A DNA stretch of 60,033 nucleotides, the filler included, from Catajapyx aquilonaris (taxonomy: Eukaryota), in NCBI GenBank assembly GCA_000934665.2. It is 2 parts of 2 records of this genome, joined end to end, with 100 filler letters (N's around TTAATTAATTAA, not from the genome) between each part and the next. Parts side by side here need not be neighbours in the genome. Positions count along the whole stretch, not along the records: positions 1 to 30,029 come from JYFJ02004718.1; 1 more part is not named here. The stretch is one strand, 5' to 3'. Within the stretch, counting starts at the first letter, position 1; each line of letters starts with the position of its first letter. This document shows, in pieces, positions 12,301-28,930 of the stretch. A program made the position numbers and the translations under genes. The notes beneath the pieces were generated by a model that had not been told where the DNA came from, searched no databases, and worked only from the letters and a program-made list of their open reading frames with translations.

Positions 12301-15300
12301 CGCGAGCTATTTTCTCATTTCCTTTACATATGTGTTATCTATAAGGATATGCGTTTCTGGTTTGGCCTCCCACGTTTGTATGCTGGAAACGTTATCTTAC
12401 TGAGAGAACCAAGCGTTCGTCGTACGGTATATTATTATGTCAGAGAGTCGCTTAGAGTAAAAACTGACATTACGTAAGCTCAGTAGGAAATGTAGCTTGC
12501 AATTGAGAATTATAATGGCGTCATGTGACCATTTGTGGGACGTGTGGGTGCCATATGCTCGGTGTGAACTTGTCTTGTAGTGTGCCCTAACCGGTAATAC
12601 TTGCTCACATGGACCACGAAAAAAAGGGTCGAAATATTCGTCTGCAATGAAGATTCGAGTGCACAGTGATTCATGTACTAAAAGGTTACTCTTATCTCCT
12701 TGCGCATATGCCATATGTCAAACACGTATTGTAAATAGGTTAAGGATAAAGGCCGGATACACAATCTAAAAGCTGGCAGTATACACTATACAGTCCGGCA
12801 AGACATGAGATGACATCACTTTCAAATTAAAAGCATTGTTATTAATGACGAGTGGACTAAAGTAAACATGGAATTAGCCTAGGCAGGTCATGGTCATGCT
12901 GAAATTACCGGTAATTACTCATAGTGTTATGACAACACCTACTCCTTTACGAGTTACAGACAAATGATGGCTGATTTAACTCCTCAGGAGCCTTGGGGGT
13001 ATCCATCAGCCATTTGCCGTTCACATCTGCTTCGTACATCAAGGTTCATGCGAATTTCACATCATTTTGTACAATACTTCCTTCAGAAATTCCAAACCAC
13101 AGTTGTACCCAGCACTATTCCACTAAAAACGCAGTTATACAACTCCCTCCACATAAAAGTTCCACTACTGCTCAGTGAGCCAGTTGCATACAATTACTGC
13201 CTCGCTGCACCGCTGCATTAGTACAAACCATCTATAACTCACATAGCCTGCACCAAATGTCATGAACCATGCCCTAACATTTCCTCCTAAAAAAATTTGA
13301 CAAGCCCCTCCCTATATTTCACCCCCCAAAAAACTTAAAATTTCCGCCTGACTTCCCCTGAAAATTCACCTTGGTTCCCTCAGACTGACTCTGTATCTTG
13401 GCAGAACAAATGGCGTCTCCGGTTATCTGTCTCCGCAACATCTTGGACGGATATGTCCCCCCCGCCGCCCCCTTAGCCCCTCATGCATGTGTGCCCCCCC
13501 CTCTCACAAAACGATAATCGAGATGCTGGATGCCAAGAAAACTTTCACTTGTTTGGAACGGGGCCAGAGAAGCCTTGGGAAGCGGTCAAGTAAAAGGGTA
13601 TGTGTATGTGTGTGAGGCAATTCCTGACATAATCATTGTTGTGTACAGTGTACGAATGTCTAGCAGGAAGTCAGGCAAATTCAGTGGCATAAGTGTCCCG
13701 ACATTGAAGGCCGTCGCTGGCTATTTTTACTTGGTACCATCCAAAATGGACATGGTAACCTGTGGATTATGGTGGTTCGATATGGCAGTCCGTAAATATC
13801 CCACGATTGAAATTCCATAGAGCGGAACAGGTTGGCACGTGGAAGACAAAAAGCGGGCCATCTAGTCTAGACAGCTCATCCCAAGTTGCATTCTTCAACT
13901 TACTTACAAACTTGATCTATGCAGCATAAGAATTTTTTGGTCTACAGCACAAAATATAGGGAGGGGCACTTTGCAAAAGTGGGGTACAAGGTCGCTGTTC
14001 GCAGGTTCTTTGCAATTTGATTTAGAGGCGATTGTACACCCCCCTTCTCTTGTCGGTTTTGCAATGTCATGTTCAAAACCTACATATCGTGCGATTAAAT
14101 TACAGATATCATGTAATTTTAAAAGGTTGCGGCATATCTGTGTAGTTAGTAAAAACCGACAAGTCTGAAACGTGCAATTGGATTACCGAGGGAACAAAAC
14201 ACATTCAGATATGATGTATTCAGTGTGAAAATTATAGTTAGTGCACATTTATAGGTCAGCATTCTTAGAATTGGACGAGCATTTTCAACTGCGATTAGCA
14301 AATTAAAATGAAAATCAGATTCTACAAGGAAATTCATTAATCTGCAAATGACGTCACCCCTGGTGCCACTGCCATTGACAGTTATGTTAGATGCTGCCAA
14401 CCCCGAAAACGACCATTGAACGAAAAAACCGAGCATTTCGCGGAATGCCCTTTACGAACGGGCATATCGCGAAATGCTCACTTTAAAATGGGAAGAACGC
14501 AAAATTCTCCTTTTCAAACTATCCATTTCGCGAAATGTTCATTTTAAAAAGGGCAAACCCCAAAACGCTCTTTTGAAAAAGGCCAGACCGATTTTCTGGA
14601 CTACACAAAAATGTCAGGACGCGAAATTAGTGCACTAAAAATCCTATCACACTAGACTGAAGCAGAGCATACTATGTCGACGAACAATATTACAATTGCA
14701 GATAAACATCTCGCTTTGTTCAGAACACAATAAGTTCTTAAGAAACACTGGATTGTCACCCCCCCCCCCCCACGAATAATACCAGCTCTCTTTCTCAAAA
14801 ACAAACTCATTATTTTTATCCACACATACATTTTTGGTATTTGACATTTACCCCCAGCCATCCTACCCATTACACAGAAGCATATCTCATTACTCCCCTC
14901 AAAGCACAGTCGACTCCATATCAAGCTGGTGCTTCCCTGAAAAACATTTTGGACCCGCGCCACTCTCCCCGGCTCATTGGCGCGTGTCACCCCAAACCAT
15001 CCTGGCGCAAAGAAGCAGCCATTTCTTCTTCGTATATAAGAAACACGCCCACGCCCTCCCCCTTCCGCTCCACCGCCTCTCATCCCCACCACACCCCCCA
15101 ACAAAAAAAAAGTACCCAAAAAATAAGCATGAAACTCTTGATCCCCCTACCAGATTTTTTTCTTCCTATTCTCCCCCAGCCCCTTCAACCAGATTAAAGT
15201 GCCGCAACTGCAGGAAATGGGGAAAAACTATATAGCTATATCAGTTAGAGATCGCTACTTAATTAACCTTTCAGCCAGTGGCACGTGGAGTGTGTATTTC

Positions 15301-18300
15301 AGATCACCCCACGCACTTGGCAGTGGCACATGCATAACTACTTTATTATCAATGGACTGTCACGTGAGGGGGATGTGTCCTGTCAGATATAGATGGACCC
15401 CCACAGGAAATGCCCTATCTATGCTCTATTTATGTTATGTATGCAACATCAATTTCAGATATGTTTGTCAGGTTGCTGGCTTCAAAGGATCAACAACTCT
15501 ATTCTTCTCAGCACTTCTTCGCAGGCTGCAGCCTGGTAACGTGACTTTGTTGAATAAGTGCCGGGCATCACAAAAACCGCTTTCGAATCATGAATTATTT
15601 ATCCCGAAAATCCTGGGCCACGAGAGAGGAATTCTTCGTTCGGCCTCTGTTTTTTTTACGAGTTTGGCCGAAATTGGACTGTTCCCATCGTACCAAACAC
15701 TGCCATATCGACTGTGTACGAGTTAGTCCAACGCCATAACGAACCGCAAGGGAATATACCATTAGTCAGACGATCAATTTTAATGTCGATATTTACATTA
15801 TATCGTACCGTAGCTTAATGCTAAGTATGCCTACAGCAGTACAGGTAAGGGCATATTTGATGCAAATTTATGGCAGCTGCATAGTTCAAGGCTTACAATG
15901 AAAATGTCAGGGTGGAAAAAAAAACTCGCTATTGACACAACATATTTGCAAACAAAATGCGATTGCATATGTACAAAAATGGCACTTTAAACCCATGTTT
16001 CTCTTGCAACCCAATCTGGACTGTAGCCCACCTAAAGCCCATCAAAAAGAGCTTTGGCAACAGATGCTTCAAAACCCACGACGCACCCCATATGTTCGTC
16101 GCACATGTCGTTCAAGGCACTATTTCGTGATCTTACCCACTGACGTCATCTCCCCGTCAATGACTCACAATAAAAGCCAGTCATCCTTGGCAGCTAATGA
16201 ACACACAAAAAAGCAGGACACGAAAGGCTGCCCCCTTGATCGCGACGCAAGGTCAAGGTGTCCTTACTTCTCAATTATGCACGGCCTTCATTAAAAGCAG
16301 CCATTTTGAATCCTCCAGTGTTTTTCACTTTTGGACCCAACAAATTGGCTAGCATTTCAGCCATTCTATCAAAAAAAGGAAATGGCCGCCACGAGTACAC
16401 CATGAAAGAGAATGATGACTATGGTACGTGTTCCTTTTCCGCATCATTTCTACTGAAGGTGTAACTGTCAGCCAGACAAGATTACAGGAGATTCAGGCCA
16501 TGTTTTTTTAGATCAAAGATCGTCCCCTTTTATGGCAACATGTCTGTTCTAACGGGCTACGCCATCATTTGGATCGTTACGAGTCCCTAACATTTTTTTC
16601 TGGGCGAATCCCTCCATCCCTGGCACGTATTTGATACCATGCACCTTATTAGGCATTGATTTGGAGGGAGCTTCTCCCTTCTGGTGTGGAATTCCAGCAA
16701 AATCGAATCCAAGAGCCCATAAAAACCTGTAAATATTCAAGTTGCAAATGGTGGGTGAAGACATTCCACTCCCAAATTGGCATCCCTGCAAGGTTTCAGT
16801 TATTGACTCAAAGACCCCTTCCAAAATAACGGAAAATTGGGTAGAAAAAAACTGACATCGAACTCGCAGCAAAGTTTGACAGCAACAACTGGAACAGCTA
16901 ATAAAACCGACAGACCCTTCCTCTTTTTCGACAATGCAATTACAGTGTATTTGCTAGTGGATGGCTGCACAACCACAATGAAGCCCCGTTGTCAACCTTC
17001 GGTCCAAGCAAAAATCGCCCACGTCGAACTATAGCTGGGGGTCGCCATGGTGTGGGTAGGTGACCTTAAAAATATTTGTACAGCCGCCATTTGGGAGGTC
17101 CAACCTTGGTCTTGAAGCCCAAAAAAATAAGGGCCATTCACCGCTCGATATTGCCCAAATGCAACGGTATATTTTTCTATACCCATCAATCCAGATCAGG
17201 GTCTCATTAAAGAGTTCATCCTCCAGCAGGAAGCCACCAAATAGAATTGAATACAAAAAGAGCGCCGCTTTTGCCTCTCAGCAATGTGATCTTATCAGGT
17301 CCTGCTTGAGAACTTCATTACGAGCAAATCGAGTGACAACAGTTAAATGGCTGTTTGTGGTCTCCTTACATCCTTTCCTCAGGTTTTATCATGCAGGCGC
17401 CAATAGTCTGAGCCAATGATTGGAGGTTTCAAGTGGATTGTTCGAGATAAAGGGCTTATATCTCTCAGGTCTGCTTAAAATTGGAGTAAAATATGGCTCG
17501 TAAAGTCACCTAAATGTGCGGGCTTACAGCCATTCAAAGAGATGGTATTTGGCAATGAGGCTGGTTAATAGGATGAAATTGGGCGCATCTGAGTGTTCTG
17601 ACTGTGCCCCAGGGAGGGTGATGGTGTACCCATTTGTTTCAACCCAATACAAACGCCCTTTACAACACGCATTGGCTGTAATCAATCGTGAAAATATTTC
17701 CACATACACGTGGAGTGCGAAATTCGCTCAAACACTCTCATTCAACACCGCCAAACTGAACACAAGAACATGCTTGCAACACTCAATAACTATAATTGCA
17801 TTATGCTAGCGTGCCGTCCCAAAGAAAAACACTAAAACTAGTAAGGGTTAAAGTTGCATGCATGCCCTTCACTAATCCCTATACCGAGTCAGGGGGAATT
17901 AGTGCAGGGCATGCACGCGACTTTCACCCTTACTAGTTTTGGACATACGATGTTTCTCCTATACTTTGCATCAATTTAACAATATCCTTCCTACCCCCAT
18001 AAAAATCAACCCTCCTGCTATTAATCACCATAATTTCCCATAGAAAATTAGCAGGAAACCATTCAAAAAAAAATATGCCATCTGGACACTTCCTTGTCCG
18101 TGATTCCATCTGCGTTGTCTGGCCTTTTCCTCTTCCAATTGACAACCCATATCGACCCAACTCCTGGCAAAAGCCCACCCCTTCTGATGAAAAGAGGGGG
18201 TTTCCCTTCTGAAATGGCTCGATTCTGGTAGGGTCTCCCCTAGAGTCCTCCCTAGACATCTCTTTCGCTCCTGCAGACTCTCTCTCTCTGATCCCCCCCC

Positions 18301-21300
18301 AAAGCGTCAAAACCAAACGTTTCTCCCCTATCCCTTTGGATTTACTTTTACTACCAACAATATTTACTTACGAACTTCTTCACGGGAATGTGATTTCCAG
18401 GCGCACAATTCGGTTATGAAAAAATGTTTGCAATATAATAGCAAAGTGGAACGGAAGCATCCCTTATCTGCCTTTCCTTCAGCTAATTAGGGCCCATTCA
18501 AACTCTGGCCCCTCGGTACAAGTCAGTTCCAATCATCATTACTACTCTCCCTTAATTGCCAAAACTTCCGACGGACACGCCGTTTAATGCAGGACCAGCA
18601 TATGCGTGAACCCCCCAACTATTACCCCCGTCACAATTTCATTTGCTTGAAACCAACCAGAGTGCTCACGGAATAATCTATGGCTGCGTGGCAGTAAACT
18701 GCACTTTGCTTAGTTGACTCCAAAATTGAATTAACTGGGGGGTGTAAAAATCTGTGTCTCGCCAACAGATGGGATTCGAGCCAAAGGACTGTGTGCTATT
18801 TCAACTGACAAAGTAAAATATTGGACACACTTTGAAAGTGACAGGTCGTACGATATTATAACACGGAAGTATTGCATCGTCACAGCTACTTCATGCACCG
18901 AAGATTCACCTCAGGTCACGTTTTGACTTTATTACCAGGTAGCAGGCATCCACTGGGCGACCTGGCTCCAGTTCAAAGGGCGGATAATAGGACACAATGT
19001 TTATAACCCCCACCGAATTTATTGCGACGTTTTTGCTTCAAACCGGAACAGATTTTCCTGACTGCCAGCCAAGAAGAATGAATAATCGAAGACCCAACCA
19101 CGTGCATAGCCTAGACCTTTCTGTCTATCGATTTGTCTAGGAACTGTTTTAACTCCTGTTTGCGTGCCCAACCAGGTTTCATAACTCCCGTCCCAAGAAT
19201 TGATCGCTTCCAGACTTTTGACGACGAAAATGTCACCTGCGTGAAAGGTCACCCTGCACTTTTACTGTTATTTAGGGTGTGACCACTTTGATCTAGGTCG
19301 TCCTGCAAGATGAGGCTGACGCTAGTCATATTGGGTGACAGAGTAAAGCATGCTCCCTCAGGTGCAAGTTTAATTACAATCGATTTTTCCAGGGCGACGA
19401 CACCACCTCTGCACCAGATGAGTACTACACACACACACCGTACTATGCTTGAAAAAGGGGGAGACTTTTTCCAATATCATTCATTGCCGTAGTAGAAATC
19501 AATAAAAGCACCGCCATCACGTCATTTGTATATGCACATGTCCTTCGCTTGTGCCAGGTGACATCATGCCAGCCGGACCCAAAACAGCGCATCATTCTCA
19601 TGGGCCTGCCACCGCAGACACCACAACGAAATTATACCCACCCTACCAGATAACCTTATCGCCGTTTCACCAGAGTTGCAAAGCGCGCAATGTGTACCTA
19701 TCTGACACGCAATTCGGTGAATCCTATGTACAAACCAAAATTTGCCGTCCCTTGGCAAAAAAAAATAAAAATACACATGCGTTGTCTATACACTTCCGAT
19801 GTCAAGGACGTGGTAGCGATTAATGTGTCGCGTGGAAAAACCCCATAAACTATAGAAGCCATGTTTTTCCAGTACACGACAGCCCTACAATTTGAGAGCG
19901 TCTGGAAAAAATTTAGTGAAAATGGCTTCAATCCAAATTCAACCTTCCCACGAATTTTCCTTCTACTCCATGGAATTCCCCCCACAATTTCATTGCCTCC
20001 GCTCAATAAATTATGTGTTGATACGAGTCATCATCTTGTGCGTATCCGGCCGAAAAACGGGCTCGCTTTTATTGCATTCCGCTGGAATATTACCCAAAGA
20101 CAGAAAATATATGTGGAGGGGCCAGTAGACGCTTCAAGCCCAAATTACACTGCCATAACGAACACCCAGATATGCCTGAATTATTTCTTAATTTTTTTAA
20201 ATATTTATCTATGCTCTTCCTGCTGAGAGAGCAATTCTGTTAGTTCAGGTGGAATTCCAGGCATGAATATCTCACCCAGTATAATTTATTTTAAACTTAT
20301 GCCGAACCTAAAAGTTCCGGGCACGTGCGCATTTTCCCGGTACGGCCATCCCTATTTTCCACGGTCTTTTCCGCCTGGCTGCCTTGTAAACAAGCAAAAG
20401 CAGGCTATGGGAGGGTTGGAGGACTCTCTCCCAGTAAAGTCCCAGGCTGCTGCAAAACCAGGAGAAATGTCTGCCTCCCCCACCCCCGGTTTCATATCGA
20501 TTTTAAGAAGGTTGGAGCAGACACTACAAACAGGCCATGTTTGGTCGGTCATACCCCTACAAAAATACGCATTATGGACATGTGTCACATAAATCACAGT
20601 CTTATTACTGTATATCCAGGGAGGGCTGTAAAAAAAAACCTCCCTTACTGAGAAGCTGTGGAGAGTCTTTGTCCTCTATTAATAATCTCTTTTGCATGTG
20701 AGTCACAGGTCGTAGGAAAACCAGAGGTTCCCATGGTGCAATCCCATTACTTGGTCCTCATTGTGAAGAGCTGTCACCCCCCCTTCAATGAACCCAGATG
20801 AAATTGACTAACTTCTATTCAAAAGAGGCGCCACAATAATCATCTGAAGTAGACCCACTCCAGATGATTATTGGGGCTCAGGCAAAAACTAGTAATGGTG
20901 CAGGCGAAAATGCGTGTTACTGTAAACATTTTTTTGCCCCAATTTCGTGTTATATCAATCAGGAAGTATGGGCACACAGAAAAAACCCTTAAGAGTTCTT
21001 TTATGGGCTTGATTACTCACATGTTGACTGCTCCAGGTGGAGCAACAAAAAGATGAAGCAAATGTGTGCAATATTAAAAAGGTGGGGACTATTGATTTTG
21101 TCTGAACAGAGGTGATAGCTGGCGAGATGGTGTGAGGGTGGGCCTGAGGGGGACATGGCCAGAGGGTCGGGTTTGGGGTGGGTGAATGAGGGAGAGGAGG
21201 CTTGTTCTGCATGGGTTGACATGTCCTGGTAACTGCAAAATGCACTCTGGTTTTTTTGGGGGGGGAGGCCCTTTCCGTAGGTTCAAATGCAATGGCATAT

Positions 21301-22936
21301 CAGGCGTGTTTAGTAAATGGTCTGATGAATAATGGTTGTTTCCTATATTAAAAATTCAGGTCACAGGAAGTGTGCTGTTCATCCTGAGTGCGCAGGGACT
21401 TTCATAATACTGACTTTATCCAGTGTGGTATAGCATTGAGTGTAAAAAACAAAAATAACAAGGCCATCAGTGAATGTCCAACACTTTGCACCTACACCTT
21501 TATTTGTACCTTCACAATGAAATCAAACTTTCAAATGCACAAACCTACAGGCACTAGTATACAATTTCCTGCACACCATTTTGCTGATTATTGTTATAAA
21601 GTACATGAGGAAAATCCTCCCTAAGAGGCTTACTTGATATTCAACGTGTGCTCACAATGTTAAGCCTACCTGCCATAAAACGTTATTGTCTGCTCATTTT
21701 CAACTATGATTGAAGCAGTGACATCAGAATTGTTGACAATCGTTGTAGCCAGTTGTGACATCACTATTATGTTCTCCGGTTGCTTTAGGTTACAGCATTT
21801 TCTTGAATGACAGCACAAAATGACTGGTTGCAAAGCAATGGCGCTTTGTTACTTACATAATGAATCATGCATTTCCATATAACATGCTCCCGACAATATC
21901 ACCCTGCAGTTGATTGTGACTGGCTGCATAGTACAAAAAGTAACCAAGGTCCTCGCATGTGCATGGAGTTTTATTTGCGTGCGTTGGACAGAATGTATCA
22001 GGACTGTACCAAAGGTTTGACGCCCTACATCTTGTCTAGTAAATAATCGACACCAATAAAACTGACAAAGTAGATCATTTGCAAACAATCAGCAATAACG
22101 ACAATGAAATTCCGCCAGTCGAAACTACATTGATAAAATCAAGCCTCAGGCCATTGTATCAGTCATACTACTGCAAGTGGAGGATATTCGACTCCCAGAT
22201 TGGCTGCAAAAGTAAGGATTGTTACAATGGCTACTGACTGTTGAGTAGACCACATATATTACAGGCTAGCTTTTTTCCATCATTGTTAAGCGGGTGTGCA
22301 AACTTCAAAGCAGCATATGCAAATTGCATTCCCACCTGGCCTGGGTAATGTGATTTCAGCACACCAAATCTGTAACAAGCCAGTCATTTCATTCATACCC
22401 ACGGCCATAATCAGGCCCATTAAGTACCCGAAACAGGTATCGAACCACAACAAGAGGTTATTCACCCATGACAATAAGGCAAAACTTGTCAAGTTCCCCA
22501 GGCAGGTGGAGTGCATTACCAACTCTCTTTCTCTTTCTCTTTCTGCGGCGCCAATGTCTCAGAGGTAAACATCGATAAGATAACCCCAAAGCAGGATGGC
22601 GGACATATTCCCCCTCATCAGTGTATGAAACGTACCGGCGGCCACGGTGTCGCTGAGGTTATACTTGACGGCAACCTTTGGGAAGTCCTTGAGCTTCCTC
22701 CCGCTGAGCTTGAGCTCCCCGCTGAGCTGCGCGTCTTCCAGGATCCTCTCCAGGGATCGGGTGAGCTGCCCTCCGCCGCCTCCTCCATTCCCGGCCTGTG
22801 GATGGGCGTGGGGGACAGAGGCCGGGCACGGGAGCACGGCCGAGGATAGGGTGGAGGACGAGCCCAGGATGCTGGAGGAGGCGGACGTGGACCCGGACAC
22901 CGTGCCTCCCCGGCTCCCTAGCACCACCGAGGCCAT
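3303..22936 (-). CDS. LRCH: Leucine-rich repeat and calponin homology domain-containing protein (LRCH family), transmembrane-tail isoform, about 919 aa
   Basis: Exons (-): 22936-22636, 11332-11188, 11076-10844, 8209-8073, 7995-7868, 7809-7701, 7631-7404, 7337-7243, 6769-6635, 6227-6047, 5934-5791, 5501-5040, 4653-4516, 4438-4361, 3548-3303. All introns are GT-AG and phase-consistent (2760 nt including stop). N-terminal LTRSLERILEDAQLSGELKLSGRKLKDFP is followed by LRRs (DLSKNRFTELP, LDVSCNEIAHLP, LDISGNRITGLP). The middle contains VDSGYSTSDG and HIQTYREYKEALRQQR. The C-terminal CH domain reads LPNDLAAALMDGVVLCHLANHVRPRSVASIHVPSPAVPKLTMAKCRRNVENFLDACRRIGV and is followed by a hydrophobic C-terminal helix. 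Confidence 0.95.
5270..5345 (-). repeat. Coding Ser-Pro low-complexity repeat in LRCH exon 12
   Basis: Degenerate 6-bp units (CCTAGC/CCCAGC on -) encode PSPSPSPVPNPSPSPAPSPSPSLS. Confidence 0.8.
14401..14590. repeat. Degenerate ~30-bp minisatellite with a palindromic CATTTCGCGAAATG core, in LRCH intron 1
   Basis: About 6 units at ~30-bp spacing, e.g. gagcatttcgcggaatgccc, ggcatatcgcgaaatgctca, atccatttcgcgaaatgttc, gggcaaaccccaaaacgctc. Confidence 0.6.
17834..17940. repeat. 107-bp imperfect palindrome (foldback/MITE-like) in LRCH intron 1
   Basis: Left arm aaaactagtaagggttaaagttgcatgcatgcccttcactaatccc. Reverse complement of the right arm is aaaactagtaagggtgaaagtcgcgtgcatgccctgcactaattccc. 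The loop is short. Confidence 0.85.
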
Positions 22937-23150
22937 CGGCCCCTTCCAGGAGGCAGCCAGAGCCCGGCTACTCCAGCGACCACTCTGCCCGCATTAGGAC
23001 TCGAATGCTACTACGGGAGAGCGGGCAGGACCGCACTCGACCACACTTGGCTGCGGAATGGTGCCCCTTCCCGTTCACAGATCGGCCGAGTGGCGGCGCG
23101 CGGGAGGGAAACACTGACGTCACTGGGGGTGTGTCCGAATCGTGCGCGGT
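22937..23150 (-). promoter_or_regulatory. GC/CpG-rich promoter and 5'UTR of LRCH, containing a CRE-like TGACGTCA (23115-23122)
   Basis: CpG-rich segment immediately upstream of the LRCH ATG, with a perfect palindromic TGACGTCA. No TATA box was seen. Confidence 0.55.
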
Positions 23151-23310
23151 ACAAACAAACAAACAAACAAATAACTAACAACAAATCTGTCTGTCAGTGT
23201 ATTTGATAAACCTACATTTTCACCAGCCAGCTAACAGTGCCTGGATTACAAGAATCACAGCTCATGGACATCGTGACCAGATTTACTTAAAACCTAACGA
23301 ATGTTCAAGA

Positions 23311-27780
<4,470 letters not shown>

Positions 27781-28060
27781 TGTCTTTTCCTTTTTAGGTC
27801 CGGTTATGGTCTGGTTCCACTCGAAAGGACCACACGAGAGACGGAGCGATGGCGAATAGCACCAGGCGGTACCGGCCACCGGGTGACGTCAGAGTGGGGA
27901 CGAGCCACCTGTCGGAGGGGGAAGGGAAGCTCCAGAAAATAAAAGGTACGGGAAGCTGCAGGACCAGGGAAACTCATGCCAGGGGAGGATAACGAAGACA
28001 GGTCTGCACTAGGAGGTCGCAAGGCCTTCGACGTCGGATCAGGCGGGGGATTACAAAAGC
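27781..28060 (-). promoter_or_regulatory. GC-rich promoter and 5'UTR of GFM1, containing a CRE-like TGACGTCA (27884-27891)
   Basis: CpG-rich island directly upstream of the GFM1 ATG, with TGACGTCA about 105 bp upstream of the ATG. Confidence 0.5.
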
Positions 28061-28868
28061 GGTGGGACAAGATGACAAACAACACCAATGATAGCGTAAG
28101 AATCGGGGTTTCTTATCTTACTTGATGACTTTCTTTGATCATGTCAACTAGGCCTTGTCAAGAGCTAGGCCTTGTCCAAAGGGCCTCTGTGGAACTTTAA
28201 TTACCAGTACCAAGAGCTAGCCAGTACACATGTACGGTACACTTGCAGCAAGTAGCCGTCAATATTTGCAACAATCACAGTCATTTTAATGAAAGTGAAT
28301 TGTAGTTGTCAACTGCTTTTGTTGTGCAGGGACCGGGTCAGGTAGCACGTTTGTCATTATCTTTTACAGCGGAATGATACATCAGTTGCCTTCTCAGCAC
28401 TTTGGCAAAGTCACCTCATGCGATGATTAAAGCTATGTATAGAGTTTAGTTTTAGGATATAAGGTCCTTCAAAACTTTAATTTTGCCAAATGAATCATTA
28501 ATGATATATTGTTTTTGGGCAACTAATTATTCTTATGCTGATGCTTTGGTTGTTTGATATATCATCAAAGAAACATCCATAAAGAAAATTACATTTTGTG
28601 CTGGACATTTATTACACACCTAAGAACTATATGGCCTGAACTTCGCTTTGAGTAGATTATGAAGATTAATATCCTGCTGGAAAATTCGATCCCTGAATTA
28701 AGGTTCAAAGATGAGTCTTCATTTCACAAGAAAGTTAGCTATTATGACGTACTACGGTACAAGAGAATTACTTATCACATTATTTATATAATGACGATCC
28801 CAGTCCCCTCACGGTGACATATCATGATACTATTGCTATCCGGTTTGTGATAAAAATGCTACTGGCAG

Positions 28869-28906
28869 TATAAAGAGGCGGACACCAAAAAGTATCATCC
28901 TCAGTG
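28869..28906 (+). promoter_or_regulatory. TATA box and initiator-like core promoter of the group-7-allergen-like gene
   Basis: TATAAA at 28869-28874 and arthropod Inr-like TCAGT at 28901-28905, about 30 nt upstream of ATG 28931. Confidence 0.65.
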
Positions 28907-28930
28907 TTGTACTACAATCACAATCTTACA

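Noticed and set aside
18184..18214. Hammerhead-like CTGATGA...stem...GAAA
   Set aside because: Two extra A's precede stem II, and I could not form stems I and III with a UH cleavage site.
18700..18800. B-box-like GGCTCGAATCCC on - (tRNA gene or tRNA-derived SINE)
   Set aside because: No A box or cloverleaf was found. At best it is a highly decayed SINE with no definable ends.
11333..22635. Nested gene in the 11.3-kb LRCH intron 1 (e.g. ORFs 15199-15726 and 14652-15119)
   Set aside because: The ORFs are low-complexity or random-looking, with no domain motifs or coherent splice structure.
22511..23178. + strand ORFs overlapping LRCH exon 1 and its promoter
   Set aside because: They are antisense shadows of GC-rich sequence.
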